IMG/VR virus record: IMGVR_UViG_3300025150_000016 | Coordinates: 1 to 59,368 of that record | Length of the DNA stretch: 59,368 nt | DNA from: a virus | Lineage: Duplodnaviria > Caudoviricetes | Reading direction: 5' to 3' (one strand) | Program-made: the position numbers and the translations under genes | Notes under the pieces: model-generated | What the model saw: only the letters and a program-made list of their open reading frames with translations | Told to the model about the DNA's origin: nothing | The model's database searches: none | Shown: one piece after another, positions 1-8,202 of the stretch | Layout of the letters: every line of letters starts with the position of its first letter | Position numbering within the stretch: the first letter of the stretch is position 1

Positions 1-684
1 CTGACTCGTGCTCTCGCCGGGGAAAAATCCGTCCCACAGGGCATCCTTCGTTCCCCAAAGCCGGTTGTAGCCGCCTTTCTTCGTTCCTTGTTCGACGGGG
101 ACGGTGGGGTAACGGATAGGAACATCGAGTACTGCACGGCCAGCGAGATCCTCGCCAAGCAGGTTCATGTTCTCCTGACGGCTTTCAGGATTCCGAGCCG
201 CCGTCAGTTCCGCCCCAACAACGGGCAGGGAGCGTGGCGCATTCTCATCGGTGGGACAGGGCTTCGGGCCTTTGTGGACGAGATCGGATTCGGGCTCTCA
301 AGCAAAGCTGAACGTCTCCACCTGCTTAGTCAGAAGGCGTGCAACACCAACATCGACACCATCCCCGGCATCTCTCACCTTTGTCGCACGGTGCGGGACC
401 AGTACGCCGCCAAGAACGGGACTACCCGTTCGGATGACGACGGATACGGCACTTTCAAGTGCCTCATTGCAGGTTCACGTCAGCCCTCCTTCAAAACGCT
501 GGGAGCATTCCTCGACTACTATCAGGTGAACAACAGTCCCGAGTGGAATTCTCTCAAGGCCATCTGCGAATCGGGATGGTTCTTCGACACCGTGGATGAG
601 ATCACCGAGCACGTTGCCCCGGTCTACGACTTCGTCGTCCCCGGCACTCACTCGTTCTCGGCGGGTGGGTTCATCAACCACAAC
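1..684 (+). mobile_element. Intein 1 (C-terminal part) with LAGLIDADG homing endonuclease, probably inserted in Walker A
   Basis: AFLRSLFDGDG LAGLIDADG block, block F PVYDFVVPGTHSF, terminus GFINHN followed by Thr685; the next extein TRVLAGEVAY fits the post-Walker A helix. The GK itself lies upstream of the window. Confidence 0.9.
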
Positions 685-3600
685 ACCCGTGTGCTCGCCG
701 GAGAGGTCGCCTACCGGGTCAACGAGCTTGGCTACGACGCCTCCTCCATCTGTGCCGTGAGCTTCACCCGCAAGGCGTCCAAGGAACTCATCAAGCGGGT
801 GCAGGACTACGGTGCCGTCATCGACGGGGCCGCAACCAGCGGCTTCGGGACCACCCACTACCTGGCCGGGGTCACCATCCTCGGCAAGTACGGCAAAGCG
901 ACCAAGCGGCCCAAGTACTTCTCGAAGAAGCAGCAGTGGGCCGTCACCACGCTGGTTGCCATCGCCGTCCGCCAGGTGGGCATGAAGGGCGGCTCGGGCC
1001 AGGCCCCGAAGCCGAAGAACGCCTTCACCGACATGCCCACCGAGATCCCGCAGACGGTGCGGGACATGCCGGTCCCGAGCTTCGCCGGGGAGACCGACCC
1101 CGAAATCGCCAAGCTCATCGGCATCATCGACAAGGGCATCGTCCTGTTCTCGACCGGCTGGCCTTCCTGGTTCAAGGGCGGCGACTGGGGGCGCTCGGCG
1201 ACCCAGTTCCTTCGGGACATGAAACGGAAGTTCGAGTCGGGGGCCACACCGGCCGACCTCTCCCCTGGCCAGCGGAACTACCTCAACAAGCTCATGGGCC
1301 ACATCCACAAGGAGTACGGCGTCTCCATGCGGGTTGCCGACCACATGGACGATGCCGACGCCGAGGTGGCCCAGTCCGAGTCCCCCAACATCGAGCGGAA
1401 GGGCAACTCCAAGTACATGTACTGGGACACGCCCGCCCGCCAGTGGTTCAACCTGGGCTTCAAGTGGGAGGGTGCTGGGGACAAGGCCGGGAACGAGGGC
1501 CAGCAGTTCTCCGCCGCCGGGGTCAAGCGGAAGATCGACATCTGGAAGGGGATGGGGGCCACGCCAGAAGAGGTCTGGTACGCTGCCGGTCCGGCCGCCG
1601 GGAAGGTCCCGCCCTACAGCCCCGAGGCCGCTGCCTACGCCGCCTACGAGTGGCTCAAGGGTCGGAACGGGGAACCGGACTTCCGCAACACCGGCGACAT
1701 GAACGATCTGCTCATCGACGCCACCCGGACCCTGGTTCACAACGACTCGGCCCGAGGAGCGTTGCAGAGCCGGTTCAAGGTCATCCTCGTGGACGAGGCC
1801 CAAGACCTCAACCGGACCCAGCACGTCCTGTTCGGCCTGCTCGCAGGGGCGCTCGACCCGAAGACGCTCCAAGAGCACCCCGACGGCTCGATGACCGCTG
1901 ACACCTTCGGGTTCATCGGGGACGACAAACAATGTGTGGATGTGGACGCCCCAGTGATGACCCCCAAGGGCCAAGTCCGAGCAGGCGACCTCAAGTCGGG
2001 AGATAAGGTCTACGCCTATCGTAACGGCAAAGTTGTTGAGCAGGGGGTCCGTCATGCTGTTCCGTCCCAGTGGACGGAAGGGGTGAAGGTCACCACAGAA
2101 AACGGTCACTCCCTCTCGATGTCTCCCAACCACCGGCTCTGGGCGACATCTCCCGAGACCGAAGGCGATCAGCACGTTGTCTACCTCATGTATCGGGAGG
2201 ACATGGGTTTCCGGGTCGGAATCACCAGCAAAGGGCGGGCGAAGGAGGATGGCTACCTCAACTCTTTCGGGGGTCGAGCCTTCTTGGAGAAGGCAAGCAA
2301 GCTCTGGGTGCTGGACATCACCGCCGACCGGGACGGGGCTCTAACACTGGAGGCCCAGTACAGCCTTCGCTACGGCATCCCCACGCAGGTGTTCAACGGG
2401 GAACACCGTGGTCTGAACCAGGACCGCATCAATATGCTGTTCACCGAGTTTGGGCGCAACGGGATGCGGCTGCTGGAGGAGCGCCACCTCCACCCTGACT
2501 TCCCCCACTGGATGTCCCAGAGTTTCACCAAGCATGGGCGTGAGCGGCACACCATCAACCTGATCGCCCACAGCGGCTCCAACTCGCAGGTGGCGATGGA
2601 GTGGTCCGGGGACAAGTTCGACGAGGCGTTCGACATCGGAGGGTTGAACCCCTTTGGTATCAGGTCCACTGGGGATGGCCGTCGGCGTCTTCGCCGCTGG
2701 TTCGTCAACTACCGGGATGCCCTTCGCTACGTGGACATGATTCGGGAGCGCACTGGGGCACAAGTCAGCCACCGTCTTTCCACACCTGAAGGTCCAATTC
2801 GGGAAATCCCGGCATCAGGACTGTTCGTGGGCATGAGTGTGCCTGTAGAGAACGGGCCGGATGGGGGTATCGAACTCGACCGCATTGTCTCCATCGAGAA
2901 AGTGCCAGGGCGGTTCGTGGATCTCGATGTGGACGATGCCAGCAACTTTTTCGCTGGTGGGATCTTGACGCACAACTCGATCTACGAGTTCCGTGGAGCC
3001 GAGCCCGATGAGTTCATCGAGAAGTCGAACCTGGTCCCCGAGGGCGGGGACTTCGAGACGCTCCTGCTCGACACGAACTACCGCTCAGGCCAAGCCATCG
3101 TCGAGGCCGCCAACCAACTGATCAAGCACAACTGCGTAGAAATCTCCACGCTTGTATCAACCCCCACTGGAACGGTCCAGGCGGGGGAAATCCAGGCTGG
3201 CGATCAAGTGCTCTCCTACCGGAACGGAGAGGTGGTCTCTCGGACGGTCACCGAAGTTGTTCCATCCCACTGGACTCAGGGGATTCAGATCACAACCAAA
3301 GCTGGTCATCACCTGAAGATGTCGCCCAATCACCGTCTATGGGCGTCCGAGCCCATTCTGCCCGAGGGGCACTCGGCGGTGTACCTCATGTTCCGCAAAG
3401 ATCTGGGGTTTCGCATCGGAGTGACCACAAAGACTGGGCGGACGGCTCGTGGCGATGACTACGCCTCGTCGTTGGGAGCACGGGCCTCCGCAGAACATGG
3501 GGAGCGGATGTGGGTGCTGGGTATGTACTCGACGGCAGAGGAAGCCCTCTATGAGGAAACCGCCCTGTCCCTTCGATACTCGATCCCGATGACCACATTC

Positions 3601-5481
3601 AATGCGGGGATGCGTGGGCCAGACCAGGAACGCATCTGCAAACTGTTCGAGCAGTTCGGACGAAACGGGATGAGGCTGTTGGAGGAAAGGCTCCTCTCCT
3701 TCGATCTGCCCCACTGGGCGGCCCAGTCGCAGCGTCGGGAGGATCGGGTTCGTGAAGTCGTGTCTCTGATGGCTCACACCCCCCGTGGTAGCACTATCTG
3801 GCTGAAAGAAGGGGATGGCCGAGACCGAGTGCATCGGTTCCTCCAGAGCTACGAAGAGGCACAGGGCTACGCCAGAAAGGTAGGGGAAGAGCACGACCTA
3901 CTGGTGGTCGAGAAGCTCCGTCTCGCCAACTACGAGCTTCGACTCCTCTCAGCATCCTCGCTGATGCCCGGAATGCTCGTCCCTGTCCTTCATGAGGGCA
4001 TGATCCAAGCTCAGGAGATCGCCCGGGTCGATACCGTGCAAGGCACGTTCATCGATCTTGGTGTGGAGGAGACCTGTAACTTCTTCGGAGGTGGGGTACT
4101 GTCCCATAACTCCAAACAAATCCCCATGACCTGCAAGGCCAACTACGAGGTCAAGGGGGACGGTCACATCCAGGCGGAGACCTTCATCGACCAGGCGGAT
4201 GCCGCCGACAAGGTGGCGGAGAGCATCGCCGACTACGCCGAGGCAAACGCCACGGCGGACGCCAAGTACAGCAACTACGGGATCGCTGTCCGCTCGAACG
4301 CCGAGGCCATGCACTACGCCCTGGGCATGGTGAAAAAGGCCATCCCCTTCAAGTCCAAGGTCAACCCGTTCAAGAGCCCGCCGGTCAAGGCCATGCTCGG
4401 GTGGATGTCTCTGGTCGAGGGAGGCCCTGGAATGGCTCGGGACGCCTTCATCAAGGCGGTGTCCGACGCCCTGCGGATGCCCGCCAGCTACCTGGGCAAG
4501 GCGTTCACCAACCGGCTGGAGAAGCAGTCCGACCCCGTGCGGTGGCTCCAGAGCATGGACCCGGACGGTGAGTTCCAGCGGGGCTACGCCAAGAACGTCC
4601 GGGCCTTCGTGGACAACCTGTCCTTCGTGTTCGGGATGCACGGGAGCCCCGACTCCCCGAGCGAGGTCTACAACACCCTGCTCACCGGCTTGAAGTCCGC
4701 TGACGGCAAGACGTTCTTCGACGGCATCGTCGCCAACATCAAGGAGAACAACGACAAGATGGCCGAACTGGCCGCCGAGAACCCCGACGGGATCCCGACG
4801 GACCAGCAGGTTGAGGAGGCGGCCGAGGAAGAACTGGTCCTTCTGAACGGGCTCATGGGCTCGAAGGACTCCGTTGACGGCGTGATGTCCTACGTGCGGG
4901 AGTTGAAGGCGGTCAACGAGAAGGTGGCGGCTGGAGATGACGACGACCAGGACGCCGTGACCATCGGGACGATGCACTCGTGGAAGGGCCTCGAAGTCCC
5001 GAAGCTGTTCATCCCGCTGGTTCGGGGCAAATTCCCCCGGGTCAAGCTGGTCAAGAACCCCATCTCCGGCGAACTGGAGTGCCAGGCCCCGGAGCCCAAC
5101 GACCCGGCTCTCGCCTCGGAGCGGCGGCTCGCCTACGTGGCCATCACCCGGGCGGAGGACTCCTGCCTGATGATGGACATCGGGAACCCGAGCAAGGCAT
5201 TCGCCGACTGCCCGCCTTCCCAGTTCATCTCCGAGGCGTGCGTTCCCTGGGCTGGTGCGCCGGATCCGGCGGCCGAAGAGGAAATCGCCGAGATCGAGGG
5301 CGGCCACATGGCGTCCCTCGACGAACTCACGGCCCTGTGGGAGGACGAGTACCGGACCTTCGACCCCGAGGAGCCGGAGTTCGAACCCATGCTCACCGAC
5401 ATGAGCCAGATGGACCTCGGGCCGGACCCGGAGGACACGATGCTCGCCGAATGGTTCAAGACCACCGGCAAGGAGGGGTGA
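1..5481 (+). CDS. uvrD: UvrD/PcrA/Rep (SF1A) DNA helicase precursor with three inteins; 5'-truncated (frame open from base 1)
   Basis: Removing the inteins leaves SF1A motifs in order: Walker A Thr (HN|TRVL), Ia AVSFTRKASKEL, II ILVDEAQDLN, III GDDKQ|SIYEFRGA, IV LDTNYRS, V TIGTMHSWKGLE, VI ERRLAYVAITRA; acidic C-terminal tail. Confidence 0.93.
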   Translation: MTRALAGEKSVPQGILRSPKPVVAAFLRSLFDGDGGVTDRNIEYCTASEILAKQVHVLLTAFRIPSRRQFRPNNGQGAWRILIGGTGLRAFVDEIGFGLSSKAERLHLLSQKACNTNIDTIPGISHLCRTVRDQYAAKNGTTRSDDDGYGTFKCLIAGSRQPSFKTLGAFLDYYQVNNSPEWNSLKAICESGWFFDTVDEITEHVAPVYDFVVPGTHSFSAGGFINHNTRVLAGEVAYRVNELGYDASSICAVSFTRKASKELIKRVQDYGAVIDGAATSGFGTTHYLAGVTILGKYGKATKRPKYFSKKQQWAVTTLVAIAVRQVGMKGGSGQAPKPKNAFTDMPTEIPQTVRDMPVPSFAGETDPEIAKLIGIIDKGIVLFSTGWPSWFKGGDWGRSATQFLRDMKRKFESGATPADLSPGQRNYLNKLMGHIHKEYGVSMRVADHMDDADAEVAQSESPNIERKGNSKYMYWDTPARQWFNLGFKWEGAGDKAGNEGQQFSAAGVKRKIDIWKGMGATPEEVWYAAGPAAGKVPPYSPEAAAYAAYEWLKGRNGEPDFRNTGDMNDLLIDATRTLVHNDSARGALQSRFKVILVDEAQDLNRTQHVLFGLLAGALDPKTLQEHPDGSMTADTFGFIGDDKQCVDVDAPVMTPKGQVRAGDLKSGDKVYAYRNGKVVEQGVRHAVPSQWTEGVKVTTENGHSLSMSPNHRLWATSPETEGDQHVVYLMYREDMGFRVGITSKGRAKEDGYLNSFGGRAFLEKASKLWVLDITADRDGALTLEAQYSLRYGIPTQVFNGEHRGLNQDRINMLFTEFGRNGMRLLEERHLHPDFPHWMSQSFTKHGRERHTINLIAHSGSNSQVAMEWSGDKFDEAFDIGGLNPFGIRSTGDGRRRLRRWFVNYRDALRYVDMIRERTGAQVSHRLSTPEGPIREIPASGLFVGMSVPVENGPDGGIELDRIVSIEKVPGRFVDLDVDDASNFFAGGILTHNSIYEFRGAEPDEFIEKSNLVPEGGDFETLLLDTNYRSGQAIVEAANQLIKHNCVEISTLVSTPTGTVQAGEIQAGDQVLSYRNGEVVSRTVTEVVPSHWTQGIQITTKAGHHLKMSPNHRLWASEPILPEGHSAVYLMFRKDLGFRIGVTTKTGRTARGDDYASSLGARASAEHGERMWVLGMYSTAEEALYEETALSLRYSIPMTTFNAGMRGPDQERICKLFEQFGRNGMRLLEERLLSFDLPHWAAQSQRREDRVREVVSLMAHTPRGSTIWLKEGDGRDRVHRFLQSYEEAQGYARKVGEEHDLLVVEKLRLANYELRLLSASSLMPGMLVPVLHEGMIQAQEIARVDTVQGTFIDLGVEETCNFFGGGVLSHNSKQIPMTCKANYEVKGDGHIQAETFIDQADAADKVAESIADYAEANATADAKYSNYGIAVRSNAEAMHYALGMVKKAIPFKSKVNPFKSPPVKAMLGWMSLVEGGPGMARDAFIKAVSDALRMPASYLGKAFTNRLEKQSDPVRWLQSMDPDGEFQRGYAKNVRAFVDNLSFVFGMHGSPDSPSEVYNTLLTGLKSADGKTFFDGIVANIKENNDKMAELAAENPDGIPTDQQVEEAAEEELVLLNGLMGSKDSVDGVMSYVRELKAVNEKVAAGDDDDQDAVTIGTMHSWKGLEVPKLFIPLVRGKFPRVKLVKNPISGELECQAPEPNDPALASERRLAYVAITRAEDSCLMMDIGNPSKAFADCPPSQFISEACVPWAGAPDPAAEEEIAEIEGGHMASLDELTALWEDEYRTFDPEEPEFEPMLTDMSQMDLGPDPEDTMLAEWFKTTGKEG
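1933..2976 (+). mobile_element. Intein 2 (348 aa) in helicase motif III
   Basis: Starts CVDVDAPV after GDDKQ; block B SMSPNHRLW; block F FVDLDVDDASNFF; ends GILTHN followed by SIYEFRGA. Confidence 0.93.
3133..4110 (+). mobile_element. Intein 3 (326 aa) just after helicase motif IV; paralog of intein 2
   Basis: Starts CVEISTLV after AANQLIKHN; KMSPNHRLW; FIDLGVEETCNFF; ends GVLSHN followed by Ser. Confidence 0.92.
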
Positions 5482-5482
5482 G

Positions 5483-6274
5483 GTGGACGGCCGCAGGGAC
5501 TACGTGCAGATCTCCCGAGAGGAGATCGAAGGCTGGCTCCAGAGCCTTCCCTGGAAATGGTCCCGCAAGCAGGGACGCCAGGGGGTCTACTTCGTTCACT
5601 TCTCCGACCTCGTAGGCGTGGCCGTCTCCACGACGGTCGGGCGTGACGACCGTGCGGTTGGCCGAGCCCGTGGGTCGATGCAACTGTCCCTCGTGTCCCT
5701 CGTCACCGAGCACGCCCTCAACCGCAAGGCCAAGGACCGCAAGCACTTCCAGCGGACCAAGAACTGGAAGCAGACCTGGGCGGACGGCATCAAACACTGG
5801 CTCGGGGTCTACCAGCAGAGCAAGAGCTTCTACGACGCCATCGCCCCCATCGAGAACCGGGCGAAGTACCAGTCCGACATGCTGGCCCGCATCGAGGCCG
5901 TCCCTGGTTGGGACGCCGACCGGATGCTCCAGAGCTTCCACGAGCAGGTGGGACGTGGTGGCGTGCTCACCTCCAAGCAGGTGGCCATCATCGACCGGGC
6001 CGAGAAGACCCCCGCCAAGCCCGTGGCACCCACTCGCCCCGCCCCCGGCGTGGACGAGGATCTCCTGAATCGGCTGCGGGGCCTCTACGCCCAGGCTCGC
6101 CGGAGGGGGGACCAGTGGACCATGGACTTCGCTCAGTCCATCGCCGAGCAGTTAAAACGAGGACGGGTACTGTCCCCCAAGCAGCAGACCCTCATGGACA
6201 AGAAGTTCCAGCAGTTTCGCCTGGCCACGGCAGCACGCCGTCTGGCCGCTGCCTATGTGGGGTCCTTCCGGTAG
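5483..6274 (+). CDS. Hypothetical protein with two helical G-x-x-L(S/T)xKQ repeats
   Basis: GTG start 1 nt after the helicase stop, upstream AAGGAGG, GC3-rich codons, internal repeat. Confidence 0.8.
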   Translation: MDGRRDYVQISREEIEGWLQSLPWKWSRKQGRQGVYFVHFSDLVGVAVSTTVGRDDRAVGRARGSMQLSLVSLVTEHALNRKAKDRKHFQRTKNWKQTWADGIKHWLGVYQQSKSFYDAIAPIENRAKYQSDMLARIEAVPGWDADRMLQSFHEQVGRGGVLTSKQVAIIDRAEKTPAKPVAPTRPAPGVDEDLLNRLRGLYAQARRRGDQWTMDFAQSIAEQLKRGRVLSPKQQTLMDKKFQQFRLATAARRLAAAYVGSFR

Positions 6275-6678
6275 CCGGGCTGGTCCGGTCGCAAAGCTGC
6301 CCCCGGAGCACGGATGTCCACCCCGGAAGCACTGTTGTTGATCACGATGGTCCTCTTGGTGCTCCTGCTCGGCTTCGGTGGGGGGTCAGGAGGGGACTCG
6401 GGCTCAGGCCCGGACGCCTTCGCCTGATTCGGGCGGATGATGTCGTCGATGTCCTCGAACTTCACACTGGCCGAGTCGGCCAGCTTCCCATAAGGGCTCA
6501 CGAGCGGGGCTGTGACCATCACCGACTTGCCGGGAAAGACTTCCTGCACCTCCCGGGTCGTGTACCTGCGACCTTCGTCGAAGTAGGTGACGATGTCCCC
6601 GGGAACGGCGTCCGCCGGATTTCCCACCCGTGGCCTTTTCCCGACGGGCCGTCTGTAGATGTAGTTCCGCTCCTTCAC
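6253..6678 (-). CDS. Hypothetical protein
   Basis: GTGA overlap with the WGR gene stop; phage-like codon use; Pro-rich linker. Confidence 0.7.
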   Translation of the reverse strand: MKERNYIYRRPVGKRPRVGNPADAVPGDIVTYFDEGRRYTTREVQEVFPGKSVMVTAPLVSPYGKLADSASVKFEDIDDIIRPNQAKASGPEPESPPDPPPKPSRSTKRTIVINNSASGVDIRAPGAALRPDQPGYRKDPT

Positions 6679-7274
6679 AGGGTCCAGACGACGGGGATCC
6701 CGTAGTCCTGGGCCAAGTCCTGTCCGCCCTGGAGCGTCAGGTCCATCACCACGTCCCCTTCGTCATCCAGGCCCTCGAACCCGTCCTTGATCGGATGGAG
6801 GGCCACGATGAGGGTGTAGGGGCCGTCGAGCGCCGGGAGGCCGGGCTTCGGGGTCCCCATGGGCGGGGGCACGAACTTGCCCTTCGGGGCGGGCGTCGTC
6901 GGAGCCACAGGCACGGGGACGGGAGCCGGGGGCGGTACGACCGGAGCCGGAGCAGGAGCCGGGGAGGACTTCCGCCCACCGAGCTTGGCCAAGTTGGACG
7001 GGCTCATGCGAACGTAGCTGGTGTGGGCGTACAGGTAGCCCTTCCCGAGCTTCTCGTTGAGACGGTCACGGAACACGTCGAAGCTGACCAGCTTGGTCTG
7101 CGGCTGGGAGCCGATCCGGCCCCAGGCCGTCTCGACCGCCTCGTTTCGGCCACGCCCGGTGGCGTACCAGAACTTGCTGGTGTTGGTCGCCGGGTCGATG
7201 CACTCCAGGCGCAGCGTCCAGGGTCGGTTTCGCCGAGAGATGTCCTCGGCGTCGTTCAGGGTCAGCTTGGCCAT
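6675..7274 (-). CDS. WGR-domain protein
   Basis: TSKFWY...AWGRIGSQPQ...EKLGKGY is the WGR pattern; Pro/Ala linker and small C-terminal domain; RBS GGAGG. Confidence 0.85.
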   Translation of the reverse strand: MAKLTLNDAEDISRRNRPWTLRLECIDPATNTSKFWYATGRGRNEAVETAWGRIGSQPQTKLVSFDVFRDRLNEKLGKGYLYAHTSYVRMSPSNLAKLGGRKSSPAPAPAPVVPPPAPVPVPVAPTTPAPKGKFVPPPMGTPKPGLPALDGPYTLIVALHPIKDGFEGLDDEGDVVMDLTLQGGQDLAQDYGIPVVWTL

Positions 7275-7307
7275 GTTCGGTTCCTCCGTTCGGGTCCCTT
7301 CGCCACA

Positions 7308-7334
7308 TCTACCCGCACCTCGCCCGGACTAAAA
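7308..7334 (-). promoter_or_regulatory. Putative promoter, copy 1 (TTTTAGTC-N7-GGTGCGGGTAGA)
   Basis: Motif occurs three times, each just upstream of an RBS and start codon. Confidence 0.65.
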
Positions 7335-7345
7335 CGACACGGGCT

Positions 7346-7372
7346 TTTTAGTCTGCCAGGGGTGCCGGTAGA
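7346..7372 (+). promoter_or_regulatory. Putative promoter, copy 2 (TTTTAGTC-N7-GGTGCCGGTAGA)
   Basis: Upstream of the 7412 ATG; back-to-back with copy 1. Confidence 0.65.
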
Positions 7373-7411
7373 TGTTGTGAAGGCTCGACGACCCGAACGG
7401 AGGAAGCGACC

Positions 7412-7936
7412 ATGAAGACCGAGTACCCCACCACCCCGCACGACACCGAGAGCACCATCGCCACCCTGGAGAAGCACCTCGGTGGCATCGTGAACGTGTC
7501 CTGTGAGGTCCACGAGGCGAAGGACCACGACTCCCTGCGGGACGGCAACCCCGTGGCGGCCGTCGAGGTCAACAACCTGCTGGAGGTCTACCCGGTCGTG
7601 ACCGAGGAGGCTCTGGGCCTCTCGGGGCGGATGACCCCGAAGACCCGCTGGGCCGTGGACACCTACGTGGACGCCAGCGACCCCTCGGTCGGGCTCTTCG
7701 GCTGCGAGCCGGTCGAGCACAGCATCCACGAGTCCCTGCCGGAGGCCGTGGTCGAGATCGCCAAGCTCCTGGTGACGAACATGGTCCAGGCGTCCTTCGA
7801 TGTCGAGGCCGAGGATGCCATGGCCGAAGAGTACTACGACGACTCGATGGACGGGGACCACGAGTCCGCTCTGGCCTCCGCCGGGTTCGGCACGGACGAG
7901 GACTACGGCTGCTACGACGGTGGGGAGGAATTCTGA
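7412..7936 (+). CDS. Acidic hypothetical phage protein with C-terminal DGDHESALASAGFGTDEDYG motif
   Basis: RBS GGAGG; the C-terminal motif resembles one I recall from small phage hypothetical proteins (not searched). Confidence 0.8.
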   Translation: MKTEYPTTPHDTESTIATLEKHLGGIVNVSCEVHEAKDHDSLRDGNPVAAVEVNNLLEVYPVVTEEALGLSGRMTPKTRWAVDTYVDASDPSVGLFGCEPVEHSIHESLPEAVVEIAKLLVTNMVQASFDVEAEDAMAEEYYDDSMDGDHESALASAGFGTDEDYGCYDGGEEF

Positions 7937-8202
7937 TGTCGGCACAACTTCAGCGTGTGGAGGGGCCTCCGCCCATCGAGGGCGTGCCCGAGGGGGCGTC
8001 CGTGCTGGTCGAGTGCCCGTCGTCTTGCGGCGGCGTGAACCACTACGTCCTCGCCTGGACCCACCTCGACTACGGGGATGATGAAGACGTGCCCACTCTG
8101 GAGAACTGGTACGAGAACGAGCGGGGAGTCAGCGGACTCTCCAATGTCATCGCCCACTACCGGCTCACGCCGCCGGGATGGGCACAGGAGACGAACTCAT
8201 GA
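7936..8202 (+). CDS. Hypothetical protein
   Basis: TGATG coupling to the previous gene, RBS GGAGGA, ATGA coupling to the next gene. Confidence 0.7.
   Translation: MSAQLQRVEGPPPIEGVPEGASVLVECPSSCGGVNHYVLAWTHLDYGDDEDVPTLENWYENERGVSGLSNVIAHYRLTPPGWAQETNS

Larger units (their letters stand above)
7281..7405. repeat. Long imperfect inverted repeat spanning the divergent intergenic region
   Basis: TTCCTCCGTTCGGGTC (7281-7296) is the exact reverse complement of GACCCGAACGGAGGAA (7390-7405); inner matched blocks ACATCTACC/GGTAGATGT, GCACC/GGTGC, GACTAAAA/TTTTAGTC. Confidence 0.9.

Noticed and set aside
6245-6260. GCCTATG resembling the late promoter core
   Set aside because: It lies in coding sequence (AAY), lacks the upstream GT block and has no downstream plus-strand gene.
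7281-7405. Inverted repeat as IS/MITE ends or a terminator
   Set aside because: No transposase or target duplication; the arms coincide with the RBS and promoter-like motifs of two divergent genes, and a third motif copy stands alone at 8507.
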